A stretch of DNA of 63,379 nucleotides, the filler included, from Phoronis australis (taxonomy: Eukaryota; Animalia; Phoronida): NCBI GenBank assembly GCA_002633005.1. It is 3 parts of 3 records of this genome, joined end to end, with 100 filler letters (N's around TTAATTAATTAA, not from the genome) between each part and the next. Parts side by side here need not be neighbours in the genome. Positions count along the whole stretch, not along the records: positions 27,210 to 46,945 come from NMRA01001129.1; positions 47,046 to 63,379 come from NMRA01000133.1; 1 more part is not named here. The stretch is one strand, 5' to 3'. How positions within the stretch are numbered: the first letter of the stretch is position 1; each line of letters starts with the position of its first letter. Below are positions 38,537-54,611 of this stretch, one piece after another. Made by a program: the position numbers and the translations under genes. The notes beneath the pieces were generated by a model. It saw only the letters and a program-made list of their open reading frames with translations. It ran no database searches and had not been told where the DNA came from.

Positions 38537-41112
38537 TGATTCATGGGAGCTGGGCTGTTTGACTCAGAGTGAACTACATGTACAACTTAGCTTACAGCTC
38601 AACCTAACTGGAGATGAGGAAATACGAATTGGATGAACTAGGCTGGCCGCTGGTCAGCTCAGCTATGATTTTCTTTAAACAGGCTGCTCAGATCTCTCCA
38701 TGTTTCAGATGTCTTTCTTTTCTCGACTGCCCGGCCCCGCGGCTTTGACGGTTTCCACGGCGTAATTACATGTAAATGGAATGTGTTAGGTCAAAACACA
38801 ATTAACTGATGTTGTTTTGGCAACTACATGTACTTGCATATGCAGGTTTTGGTATGTAACCCAACTCATTTTGAAATCTCTGCTTTTCTATTTAACTTCC
38901 AGAATGTATGCAGTTCTTCACTATCCATGCAGAGTACATATGCTGGACCAAAACCGTTTGAAAGAGTTGGAAAGTTTAATGGACAGTTTCCAGGAATGTA
39001 ACCTTCACAACCAATTGGTAACACGTGTTTAAAATAAACATTGCTGGTAACTTACTTTTAAATCAAACCATCCAGAAATTTCCTAAGTCCTAAACTTCAA
39101 TAACTGTTCAATTCAGAACTGCCAAAGTCCTGAAATTCAATAGTTATTCAATACAGAACAGGTAAAATCCTCTAAGTGCTAAAATTCAATTGCCGTTCAA
39201 CTGCCGTTCAATAGCCATTCAATTGATGGCACAATCAGCGTGGAAGACAATGCCAATTAAATTTTCATTCAATAGACATACACGTATTCAATTGAAATTC
39301 AATTTTCTATTAAATTTCTGTTCAATATCAATTGAATCTCAATTGAAAATTAACTTCTCCTTTTCGTATGGAGAGTTTACACCGGTTTTAAAAAGCACAT
39401 TGGTTTTGTCTATACGGTACAATCGGCAGCTCGCCTTGGTATAATGTACAAGGCACTTCCTAACACTTGTGGCTAGATGTCTTCGCTTGACAGATACTGA
39501 ATATTACTTCTATTGTTCAACATCCCAAGCTCGCCAATCATCTCTAGTTTGATATTCAGTTCTTTGGAAGAGTAATAAGCTTAAATTCATTGATGGAATG
39601 TTTTATCGTTTCGAAGAATACTTTTTAATATGCTTGTTATACGTTGGATTGGAATTTGCAATGGCAGACTTGATAAGCTCATAGAATTTTAATTCAGTTG
39701 AATAAATGCTGTAAAAGATGGATTGTAGGAAAGAGCTTTATGCACATTGGTTGCAGAACTTTTCTCTCCCTATAATGGAACTAAATGCATGTTTAGTAAT
39801 TCATAGATTATTTTTGTGTTTATTTTTGTTGAATGTCATGGATTGTAAATCTTCATCCAACCAGGAAGGTTCTTAGTCAAAGGAATTAAACCTGATCAGC
39901 AGAACCATGCTATGCTTCCACAGGACGAAACAAACTTGCTTCTTCTTTGTCTGTTCAGTGATGAATTAACAACCATTCCACTCATACAACTATTCCTCAA
40001 AAACGGAGTGGGACGTTCCCGAGAGTGCCATATAGTACAGCTGAACAGGTTTAGATTTTACATTATTTGCTGAATGTGTCTGTAAAATTGGGAAATTGCT
40101 TATTAAGTAAGCCAGTATTTGTGTGAGACAATGATGTATTTGTGATCTGGTATTAGAATTTATTTGTATTAAGCACACGATGGAAGTCAATATATTCCAA
40201 TTCATTTTGGAGATTTGGATCGCAAATTTTTTACTGGATTTCACGGTTATAAATTTGGGCTCTTTTGGTCTTTAATCACGTCATCGGCATTGGATAATGC
40301 GAGTCGAATTTTTGTTAAATACATGTACGCTAATTAATTGTCAAAAAAAAAATTTGAAGAAGTTTACACTATTTTACAAAAGTTAAGTAAAAGGAGAACA
40401 TTAATTCACAGTGACAGTCACGACTGGCAGGCGCAGTGATCAACATTAATCAAACATCCTTGGTGAGAAACATACCTCTGGGCAATAGGGTCTAATTTCA
40501 CGAAAAATCATCTAATTTAAAAACTGTACAGTCAAAGTGGCACAGATTTGACACTAACGGACACAGAAGTAGTCGGGTCTGTCCGAAAACCAATGTGTGT
40601 CTAATTCGAGTTCGATCTTTCACGCGCATGAGCAGAGGGAGATTATCACAATACTAGCCTAACCACTGGCTACATGAATCACATGTTAAACTCATCGGAA
40701 TATGAGCGAGTGCATCCTATCCTTCTTAGTAAGTTGCATGGCATTTTGTAATGGAATTTTGTCAAAGAACGTGGTAGATATTGAGGCTGGCGAATCACTA
40801 AAGCTGCCACTAGAGGTCCCTACGGGAGCTGAATCCGCTCTGAAATCTACGTTGACCGTTCCAATAACAGTAAAACTATGCTTATCAGTTGTCAAAAAGC
40901 TTAGGTGCTAAGACGGCGTACTGCTTGTTGGAGTTACATGTATGAGTCGGTATGTGGTTTCCATGGACTAACAGTTTAGCAGTTTTAATGTAACATTACA
41001 GATTTGTTTATGCATGTAGTTGAGTTCTCCGTGAAGTGATATTATCTCTTCCTATTGCACATTTGGCGTATTTTGTCAGACGTTTTATTGCGAATGTGCT
41101 ACTGTCATTTAA

Positions 41113-42522
41113 AGGCGAAGGCAACCTTTTTCCATGTCATTTTGAGCTAAAATAAGGTTGGTTGGTTATCCTAGACATATTTTCCACTTAATTACAGCTT
41201 TTCGTAATTTTATTAATTACTCGTCCGCTACTGCGGAAGTGACGTTTTAGGAGGCAAGCATTTCGCGCCAATTTCTTTTCATATAGTCTGACTGTGAGAG
41301 CTGCCGAGTCAGTCATTGTTCTACCTCGGTTGTGTTAAGTTCCGTCGTCGTTTGCTTTCATTTACTAGTCAGTCAANNNNNNNNNNNNNNNNNNNNNNNN
41401 NNNNNNNNNNNNNNNNNNNNNNNNNNNNNNNNNNNNNNNNNNNNNNNNNNNNNNNNNNNNNNNNNNNNNNNNNNNNNNNNNNNNNNNNNNNNNNNNNNNN
41501 NNNNNNNNNNNNNNNNNNNNNNNNNNNNNNNNNNNNNNNNNNNNNNNNNNNNNNNNNNNNNNNNNNNNNNNNNNNNNNNNNNNNNNNNNNNNNNNNNNNN
41601 NNNNNNNNNNNNNNNNNNNNNNNNNNNNNNNNNNNNNNNNNNNNNNNNNNNNNNNNNNNNNNNNNNNNNNNNNNNNNNNNNNNNNNNNNNNNNNNNNNNN
41701 NNNNNNNNNNNNNNNNNNNNNNNNNNNNNNNNNNNNNNNNNNNNNNNNNNNNNNNNNNNNNNNNNNNNNNNNNNNNNNNNNNNNNNNNNNNNNNNNNNNN
41801 NNNNNNNNNNNNNNNNNNNNNNNNNNNNNNNNNNNNNNNNNNNNNNNNNNNNNNNNNNNNNNNNNNNNNNNNNNNNNNNNNNNNNNNNNNNNNNNNNNNN
41901 NNNNNNNNNNNNNNNNNNNNNNNNNNNNNNNNNNNNNNNNNNNNNNNNNNNNNNNNNNNNNNNNNNNNNNNNNNNNNNNNNNNNNNNNNNNNNNNNNNNN
42001 NNNNNNNNNNNNNNNNNNNNNNNNNNNNNNNNNNNNNNNNNNNNNNNNNNNNNNNNNNNNNNNNNNNNNNNNNNNNNNNNNNNNNNNNNNNNNNNNNNNN
42101 NNNNNNNNNNNNNNNNNNNNNNNNNNNNNNNNNNNNNNNNNNNNNNNNNNNNNNNNNNNNNNNNNNNNNNNNNNNNNNNNNNNNNNNNNNNNNNNNNNNN
42201 NNNNNNNNNNNNNNNNNNNNNNNNNNNNNNNNNNNNNNNNNNNNNNNNNNNNNNNNNNTTGACTGACTAGTAAATGAAAGCAAACGACGACGGAACTTAA
42301 CACAACCGAGGTAGAACAATGACTGACTCGGCAGCTCTCACAGTCAGACTATATGAAAAGAAATTGGCGCGAAATGCTTGCCTCCTAAAACGTCACTTCC
42401 GCAGTAGCGGACGAGTAATTAATAAAATTACGAAAAGCTGTAATTAAGTGGAAAATATGTCTAGGATAACCAACCAACCTTATTTTAGCTCAAAATGACA
42501 TGGAAAAAGGTTGCCTTCGCCT
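41113..42522. mobile_element. Foldback/Kolobok-like element: long perfect inverted arms, TTAA target, centre unresolved (N)
   Basis: 41113-41376 is the reverse complement of 42259-42522. TTAA flanks both ends; termini are AGG...CCT. Confidence 0.8.
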
Positions 42523-42768
42523 TTAAGGTCTTTTGATAATACCAGCTTTGTTTTGTTAGATTTAGTAGGTTTTAAAGTGTCTCATAAAGTGTAAAACGTG
42601 TACCCGTCACTCGGCTCCATCTTGTTATACATTTGAGTGTTGATAAATTGCACAGTACTAGTCTTTTCTTTTATGAAATGAATTGATCTAATGGCGCAGT
42701 TATCTGATATTTTGATAAACCGGCATCGTGAAACATATATTCACATGTTGACATACTTTTCAGGTGCG

Positions 42769-43469
42769 ATGAGAATTAGAGTCAAGACTTGGATCGTTGC
42801 ACTGGCCTGTGTATTAGTTCTCTATTTCCTCGTACTCCTCTTATTCCCATAGAAATGGAGCATGAGTTTTACAGTCTATTCCCCAAAAGTGCGTGCGATT
42901 ATTGGAACGCAGAATGACACCGTGATTGGAATGGCAAGTGAAAACAACCCACACGTGGTTGAGTTACTTGTGCGCGTGTCGACCGTGAATACGGCAGGTA
43001 AGAATCTTATGGGGCGACTTGTCTGCATGGTGATGCGAAATTTAATACTTTATTGGTCTCCAATCTATAGAGATACAATTGTTGTTATTATGGATGACGA
43101 CAGCAAAGAGGACCACAGAGTGGGTGAAAATTTGGTGAAAAAAAATTGATTTCATACGACCGGTTGTTAAGTTTGAACCCCTTCCGGAGAATCCCAAGAA
43201 GTTGGCTGACTGTCTTGATCCGAACCACGGGGACATCGCTTATACATTGTAAACGACAGCTGTACAGTAGTTTCTTCACGGACCGGTATTCGTCAGCGGA
43301 AGTCCTTGGATGGATTGATACGGACATTATTTTCACAATTCCTGGGATGCCTAATGACGTCATCAAGGAAGGACGGGTGGTAGCATACGGAGGATCGTCT
43401 CGAATGAGACGTTCATGGGTTTTAAAATGCTTTCAGACAGTTGAACATTTTTCTAGGGTTCTAGATTAA
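42769..43469 (+). pseudogene. Disrupted type-II membrane protein, GT-A/DxD glycosyltransferase-like
   Basis: Acceptor at 42763, then MRIRVKTW plus a hydrophobic anchor, and an in-frame TAG at 42850. Continues ELLVR...LILYWSP...IVVIMDDDSKEDH, a frameshift in an A8 run near 43140, then RQLYSSFFTDRYSSAEVLGWIDTDIIFTIP...EGRVV. Confidence 0.6.
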
Positions 43470-46104
43470 CTGTCTTAAGCGCAGTCTCCACTTGACCTGA
43501 ACAGCCGATAAAAGTGGATGCAATCGCCGACAAGCGGGCTCCACTGTATCATACGAGGTTTTAGTGGTAAATTTATCATCTACTTACATGTAAATACTAG
43601 TCCACGAGAGCACCAGCCATCCAGCTTCAAGGTGGGGGTCAGCCGATTTTCACCAAATTTGGCACATAGGTAGTCCTATGGGATCTATAAACAGCAGTAA
43701 AATATTTCCTCAAAATATTACGTTTTTCCAAAGTTATAGGTTCAAACACATTTTACGGCTTCGCAGCCATGTTTTCACGGTATAAAAACTGTCCAGATAT
43801 AACTATTTATATTTTTCCTTGAATGAAAGTTATTGATTTATTATTGACTTGGCATTGTTTAGTGGTGCCTATAGATTATTACACAGATGTCTTGAAACAC
43901 GATTCCGATTTACCACCGTCATTTAGTAGTTTTACTACACTGCCCCCCGTTATGCCATTTTGAGGTTGTGTTCAGTACACTGCTGTACCAAATCTGCCCC
44001 CACTGCTATGAGAATGAAACTTAGCCAAAATGTTGACAAAACATGTTACTTTCATTGCATAAAATAAAAACTTTGTCAGCCAGTTTATAAGTTATACATT
44101 TTGGCACCTCAAATGTACTAAATGAGAAATTTTTCATATATCTGAGATCGATGCATGAGCACCGTATAATCCGATTGTCCTTCATGTTTTTCGATATTTT
44201 GCAACAAGTTTTTGAATGTTTTGAACGTTTTACTACTTACCACTTAGGGCTATAGTACCCCTAAATACCATACATGGCTCCATTTTGTAAAAAGCGATTA
44301 TGTCCTCCACAGTGAACAGGGTTAGACATGAACTCGACAAATCAAGGTTTATACCTTGCAATTTCCTCATGGATATTTCTTCACACATATTCAAGTCAGA
44401 GTTTCTGTTGATCAAAACAAAAGACAGCAAAAATTTTCTTGACGAAATACCGGGTTTGCAGTTCTCTAAAAACATTCGAATGACAAGACAAACTCCACCA
44501 CTGTCCGTGGCAACTTGTCGCATGTTTTTCGCCCATCGGTCCTATCATTGTTTTCCTTTGTTGTGTCATTGTTGGATATAACAACACAGGTCGCATGGAT
44601 ATAGAACCTTGCGTACATCAGACCGTTGCCGTCATTATATCTTTATTATAACAACGGAAACAATGAAGATGCTAATCTATTGTTCTCTATGCGACCAGGT
44701 GTCCCGTGGATGACCACAGAAGAGGAATCCCTAAGTGTCCACAAACAATGACCACGCACCTTAGTAACTATTACCGCGCACACGAATCCTTTCCGTGGAA
44801 CCTAAACACCAAATTTTTATATCCGTGTATTGTGTTGTATTGTTCATGGTACGGGTTCAGACTCCGTTGTATTAAGATTCCAATCCCCAACCCTGTAATA
44901 TGTAGTTTGAGTAAAATTTCTAGACAATGCAGGTTTATGGATTTATTTTCCTTTAAATGAAGAGTAAAAATCAAATTCTGCACAGGTTTTTAAAAAGTAA
45001 TCACTTATTGGAAGATCACACATCTAAAAAATAAACCAATGTTTGACAATTTTATTCATTATCTTATTTGAAAATTCTATAAATGTATTTGTATTTTTGT
45101 ATTGAAGGCCTCTGGCCCAAAGTACAATAAACATTGTCTTATGGATGAATCGGAAACTTAAAGATCGTTTCTGTTCAGACTTACAAAATCATGATTAACA
45201 AGTTATCAAAGTGATTCTGTGCCGGTATCCTGTGTTTGGATTTCACTAGAGTTTACTAAGCTCCACCTGCATTTGCTATTTTATAATTTTGATGGGTTAT
45301 GATGTTTGACTGGCTATTTTGTTCGAGATGAATTAATATGTTCGTAGTTTGATTATCTCAACGTTGATATTTAATGCTTGATATTCAGATTAATTCATGG
45401 ATTGAGAAACTTTGATTTTATGTTCAGTGCCCATTAATAAATATCTTGGAAACAATATATTGCATTGTTTCACCAGACTTGTAAATAGTGGGATATTAGA
45501 AATACCATCGTCAGTATTTGAAACATTTTCCATGCTTGTAATTGGCTGAACAAATCTAAACTGACTGGAGAAACAGGAAGCAATAATACAATTAGCATTT
45601 TGTTATATGGTTGTACACAATATTATTGCTTGTCAAAAACAAGACACATGTACTCCCTGTGAATAGTGCATTGAGTAATACTAGTTACATGAGGAGAAGG
45701 ACTAACTGTCAGCAGCTCAATGCATTCAGCTCCACACTTTGGAAGACCTGGGATCAAATCTTGTATTTAAGATATGAAATATATAAATGTGTATGCTATT
45801 ATTTTCCTTGTACAAATAACTTTTTTTTTGCCTCAAGATTTTTCTTCTCACAAATTATAATTGTTTTTATGATTTTTGGTTTTAGTAAAATCAACTTACA
45901 CAGAGACTGAAAATTTAAGAGTTTTTGGTTTTATGTTTATTTTCTTGACGTTTTTGTGAATTTTATTTTTTCTCAGTACTTCTACTTTCTAGAATTTTCC
46001 GCTTTTCTTTTGTTTTTGGTTGTTCCCTTTTTGCATTGCCCCCTTTTCTCGTTTCCCTGTTTTTTGTTTTCGTTTTCTGGTTTATTGCCGAAGACTTGTG
46101 GTCA

Positions 46105-46175
46105 CTGCCTTGGTTCAGACGGTAGTGTATTAAACTTTTAATTTTAGTGTCGTGGGTTCGACACCCACCTGTGGT
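46105..46175 (+). mobile_element. Degenerate tRNA-derived SINE head
   Basis: A-box-like TGGTTCAGACGG and B-box GGTTCGACACCC; no clean cloverleaf. Confidence 0.45.
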
Positions 46176-46334
46176 ATAAGCTGAACGTACCGCGCTAAAT
46201 AAATTACACATCAAATGACATCACATTGGAACTAACTGCGCGGTACAGTACAAAAATTACACGCAAACCGATTGGCCAGCACTAACAGGACCACTGTCTG
46301 GTGCAAAATTTCTGATTAATTGTTTTGAAAACAA

Positions 46335-46945
46335 TTAATCAGGCACATTTGCACAAGCAGTCAACCCATTTAAGAGTTGTTCTCGTCTTTTAAGGGCAAA
46401 ATACACATATTTAACAGCAGATATATCTGGATTAGCGAGCAGGCGTATACAGGATTCTTGAGTTGGATGCCTCCATTGAAATTCCTTCATAAAACCTGAC
46501 CTAAGTTCACAATATCCCTTGCAAACCAACAGGAAATGGTATTCATCCTCTACAAGATCATCATTGCTAGCCATACATAATCTATTGTAATATTCCACTT
46601 TCTCGTGTCTACCCACTTCCACTTGTAGTCTGTGGTTGGAGCAACGTAAACGAATAAACGCTTGAATAAGACTATTGTGTAGCGGTAACTTAAGATATGG
46701 TTCAAAACAGTACAGAGTGTTAAAGTTAGAGTAGAATTTAAGTTTTGCATTATGCTCAATTTCTGATCGCCAACCTTGCTCATAACAGTCATTAACTCTT
46801 TGCGCGAAGAAACTTAAAAACGAGACTTCGCACGTGACACCTTGATTCAACCAAATTTGATAAAAACCGTATTTTGATAGCAATTGTCTAACAGAAGATA
46901 CCCAAGTATTTCTTCCATTCCTATCTAAATCAACTAACATGTCAT
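46335..46945 (-). mobile_element. Non-LTR retrotransposon ORF2 C-terminal region, 5'-truncated at the gap
   Basis: W.SSVRQLL.KYGF..IWLNQ...KLKFY..F...Y.FEPYL...IRLRCSNHRL.VE.GRH...RLC...VEDEYHFLLVC, a typical post-RT CCHC-like tail. Confidence 0.88.
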
Positions 46946-47045
46946 NNNNNNNNNNNNNNNNNNNNNNNNNNNNNNNNNNNNNNNNNNNNTTAATTAATTA
47001 ANNNNNNNNNNNNNNNNNNNNNNNNNNNNNNNNNNNNNNNNNNNN
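46946..47045. other. Artificial contig-joining spacer N44-TTAATTAATTAA-N44
   Basis: Same 100-bp structure as 27110-27209. Confidence 0.9.
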
Positions 47046-47770
47046 CAATTTCTGGTACTGTACACTTTTCGCGAATGCGGTCACTTTCTCAATGTGAGTG
47101 CCCCCTTGGTCATTCCTTGTATAGACAAAACTTGTTATAGAGTGTGTCTTCAAACGGACTCGCGACCAGACCACGGCGCCTGCCACAATAGCAATTCTTC
47201 GGAAAAAGAATTTTTTTCAAAAATATTACGTGCACATGTACACAATATTACATGTACACTGTATGATATTGCGCAAGACAACTTTACTATACACCAGTTA
47301 CAAACGTGTTGAGTGTAATAGAATGACACGGCATGACAGATGAGGTAAAAACGTTGCACGTCAATTCGCCTGAATATCAGAGTTGCGGCACCGCAGTATT
47401 TCCCCTAATCAAATCAAAATATATCTTAGAGTAAAGAAGCTAGTTACCTAAAGAAATCAGCTATAGAACTGCTCTTTCAGCGGTGACAGATCCATCTAAA
47501 ATGCTTGGGTACTTCAGAAGTGTCGACGGAAGCGCGCGCACAATAAATCCCCGCGCGTTTTGCCGATGAGCCACAAAGACTCAGCAATTCACAATGCAAA
47601 AACTATATTTTCAGAGTGAACCCCTCCCCTCAATTTTTCCAAGCTGGTTTACTTGGGGTTTACACACGCTGGCGGTGCCGTTTTTGTTTTGCTGGAGACT
47701 TTTTTTTTTTTAAATTTTTGGGTCCTGGCCCGAGGGGGGGGTTTAAACCCCCTGAACCCCNCCGCCTCTG
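47046..47770 (-). mobile_element. Second copy (left part) of the 15528-17910 hAT-like element
   Basis: Near-identical reverse complement of about 15545-16265; ends in CCGCCTCTG after the n at 47761. Confidence 0.9.
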
Positions 47771-47980
47771 CAGTACTTCCCTGGAAAGATTCTTCCTTCA
47801 CTATGTCAAAATGGATTTGTCAGGTCAAGACACTGTCGTCGATAAACTCACCCGAAGCGTTTGCTGATGAGCAGATTCTATGAGGAGCTGTCGAAACTCA
47901 GAACCAAACTTTTAAGTCTAGCAAAGTTCTGCAAAGCACTGTTAGTTTCAAACCGTTCGGTGTTATGTCGGCTATGATAG

Positions 47981-51488
<3,508 letters not shown>

Positions 51489-51624
51489 TTGGAAAAGCAT
51501 GATACACCAATTCACTGTATGGCGACAACGTTATCTTTTCTAAAGCAATTGGCGTTTCCTTTCTTAAATTTATATTGTATAACTACTCAATTATAGATTT
51601 TCGAATCATCACTGAAGGATGTTC

Positions 51625-51630
51625 AATAAA
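51625..51630 (+). terminator. Probable poly(A) signal of alpha-tubulin
   Basis: AATAAA about 137 nt after the stop codon. Confidence 0.6.
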
Positions 51631-52947
51631 AAGATTTACTTTGAATTCACTTCTTGACATTTACTCAAATACTACCTACGAATTTATTAGGATAATGGAA
51701 TTTAGTATTTATCATTGAGTATTTTACCCCACATATTTAGACACACGGAAGTTTTCTGACAAATAAATTTTGTTTATATAAATTTTTACCCACCAAGACG
51801 TTCGGATCTGTTAAGAGTGCGGAGGTGGGTTGAGTTCAGTTGGCGTAAAATCTCGAAAAAGAAGCTAGTGTGATCGCAAAGTCCTGCGCGATCTTAGTCA
51901 CTCACGGAAGTTTTCGCGTCCAGTACGGAAGCCATTCCTACTGTGTGCTTAACTTAAAAATACATTGCGAAGTAGCTATAATCCTGCGTTCTGACAATAT
52001 TGTCCGATTTAAACTACCGCTACGAAACACGTGATTTAGCTTGGCCAAAACGAGCAGTTCGGCGAAGCATGAAATAATTCGTCGTGCCAAGCCAACGTAT
52101 ATTGATCCTCTGGGTTCGAGAGTAATAACGGATCAGTTTCCCCCAAGATCCCAAGAAATCACTTCTAATTTGAGTAGAGACCAGTTCAATGCCAACTACA
52201 ATGTATGTAACGCTGAATCAAAATGCAATCTTTTTGACAGAAAGTTGGGATCAAAGGGAAATTATGGCCGAAAATGCATTTTGGGGATTATTGTTGACAT
52301 TATTAATATTGTTGTATGGGACAAACTTGTTGAAGTTATTAGCTTTGACAAAATAATTTAGTAATTACATCCGTTGTGTTCACGTAAATTCATTACGAAT
52401 TGCCAACTCTCGTCGTTGTCTGGCAGACACTCCCTGAGGTTGGTACACTTTCGAATACTCTTAAAATGCTCGTCCTATCCAATGCAAGTTAGTTGAACAG
52501 TAGAGGGCTTGGCTGAGAACGCTAAGTTACCAGGAACGAATCCTCTCTGGGTCTGATTTAAAAAAAAAAAATTCCCGCCGATAATATCTCTTGAAAACGG
52601 CTTTACATACTAATACAATGAAGCCTGCTTAAGCAAACAAAACGATGACTCAGGCTAAATCGATAAGGCTTAATCTTGCGAGTTTGGTGTGAGATGACAC
52701 AAGTCTCCTCAAGGTATAGCAGTTTTTTTAATCTGGCTTAAGTCGAATGATGTAATTTTAATTACATAATTAAACATTTAAAAGGTTTTTAATCAACCGC
52801 GCTGCGCGAGTAAAAACTGCGCGCTGAAACAACACAGCGAGAACAAGACGAGCTGGAGTTGTTTCGAAATACCAGGCACCACCTTTCAAACAAGAATCAC
52901 TGTGGATAGATTCTTTAAACTATATATAAACATATACATATATATTT

Positions 52948-53072
52948 TCAGCACAGTCCACAGGATTTCTGACACTTTAGCTGCATAAAGTAGAACGTAC
53001 TTTCCTCTCGGCACTTTCCGCGCTCGGCCCATTCGACGCACTTTTCCTTATGGAATATATCTTTGCAAATTC
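52948..53072 (-). CDS. Terminal exon encoding an ShKT (ShK toxin-like) six-cysteine domain
   Basis: Acceptor TTCTGATTCGATAG, then (G)ICKDIFHKEKCVEWAERGKCREESTFYFMQLKCQKSCGLC-stop, matching the C.D....C..W...G.C.......M...C.KSCG.C pattern. Phase-1 intron. Confidence 0.8.
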
Positions 53073-54541
53073 CTATCGAATCAGAAACACGTGGCATTAA
53101 TTCAACAATGATACACCAGGTCCATAGCCAGCGTTGCGCAGGGGGTGGTTCGAATTTCTGGAACATTGGAGCTTTGATATTTTGCAAAGGTCGACCCACC
53201 AAACTTTCAAATCACGCGTGCTTAAATACATATTCAGACGGAACTGTTTATATTAGTCTGAGAATGACTTGATGAAATTTTTATCTGGTTGTATTTTGCA
53301 TGTTACTTACATCGCTGGAAATGGGCACAGCACACTATTGTGAAGGTGTACTACTCCGAAGGTTCACTACTCCAAAAATATCCAAGTTTTCGAACCCAGG
53401 TTTAATGTTTATACTTTTGCATGCAAAAATAGGCGATACTTCGAGTACTAGATGCTCTGATTGGTGTACTTATACCGAAAACAACGTCCGCATACTATTG
53501 ACTTCATGCGCATACGAAATTGCCTGCATACCTTACGAATACGGAAAACTAAGTACGTTCTGTGGCTGGACCTTTTCCGCGGGGGGGGGTTCGATCGAAC
53601 CCCCGGAAGCTCCCCCGGCTACGGGCCTGTACACACAATGTGTATGAACTATTCTGAAATTTGAAGTCTTGAGCAGGGCTGTGCCTCGTAGAACAATGTT
53701 CCTTGCGACAAAAGCGATGTCTCGCAAGTCTTCGCGAGTTATGACCATGCTTTACAAGAGGAGCACGTGGTCACCGACACTATCGGGTGTCGTGTGTGTC
53801 TATGGAACTGGCCCTAAGACAGTAGCGGAGAGTAACCATTGGTAATTTTGCAACTGAAATAGTAATTACCACCGTGGACATTTGTTACGTATAGTAGCTG
53901 AAAGTGGCTGCATGTCACTTCGCTATTGAAAGTCGCCTAGGCCTACTTGCTAGTGAAATACTGCACTAGTGAACTCATGCGAAATCTAGCGAAATTGACA
54001 AAATTGGCCTTAATATCCGTTTAGTATGTTTGTATGGATACTTAGTATCTGTGTAAAATGCGTGAAAATAACTTACTTTTAATGGCATGGTCATACGCTT
54101 CTTGCTCAATCCAATTTTTACACTCCACCGTAACCATCGCGATCAAGCAGATCAGTCCACACTGTAATAGATCATTTCGGCAAAGTACAATTCGGGGCCA
54201 GAGCCGATCGCGAAAAACATGGAAACATTTGGCAAAGACCTGTGTGATCTTGCGTTTTCGCTAGGTTATTGTGTCTCCAAACGCAGCCCAGGCCGGGCGA
54301 TATGCTATTCTGAACCGGACAGCAGGGCTGTTTTCCGCAGACGGAAGAATCACGCGAAAACTTTCGCGAGATATCGCAAAGCATTACTCATGTAGCACGT
54401 GCTCACATTTGTTTTTCTCGCGCGTGCATTGGATTCACAACGCAACCCAGACTGGTGAATTGGAAACCAAAATAAATTAATATGAAAATAATAGTTGTCT
54501 CAGGCACGCGACTCACCGTGTACAACCCAAACAAGTTTAAA

Positions 54542-54611
54542 CTTTATTGGTGGGTATTTATAATTTACGACAATTAAAATTGTCGTAAATTATAAATAGC
54601 CACCAATAAAG
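54542..54611. repeat. 70-bp near-perfect palindrome
   Basis: 34-bp arms, one mismatch, 2-nt loop. Confidence 0.9.

Noticed and set aside
41316-42319. 300-aa ORFs in the ORF track (also 60168-61373)
   Set aside because: They are translations of N runs.
47855-47930. Possible hammerhead ribozyme (CTGATGAGCAG...CTGTCGAAAC...GTC)
   Set aside because: Stem II needs a bulge next to the core, and stems I and III do not pair in register. Not supportable without a covariance-model search.
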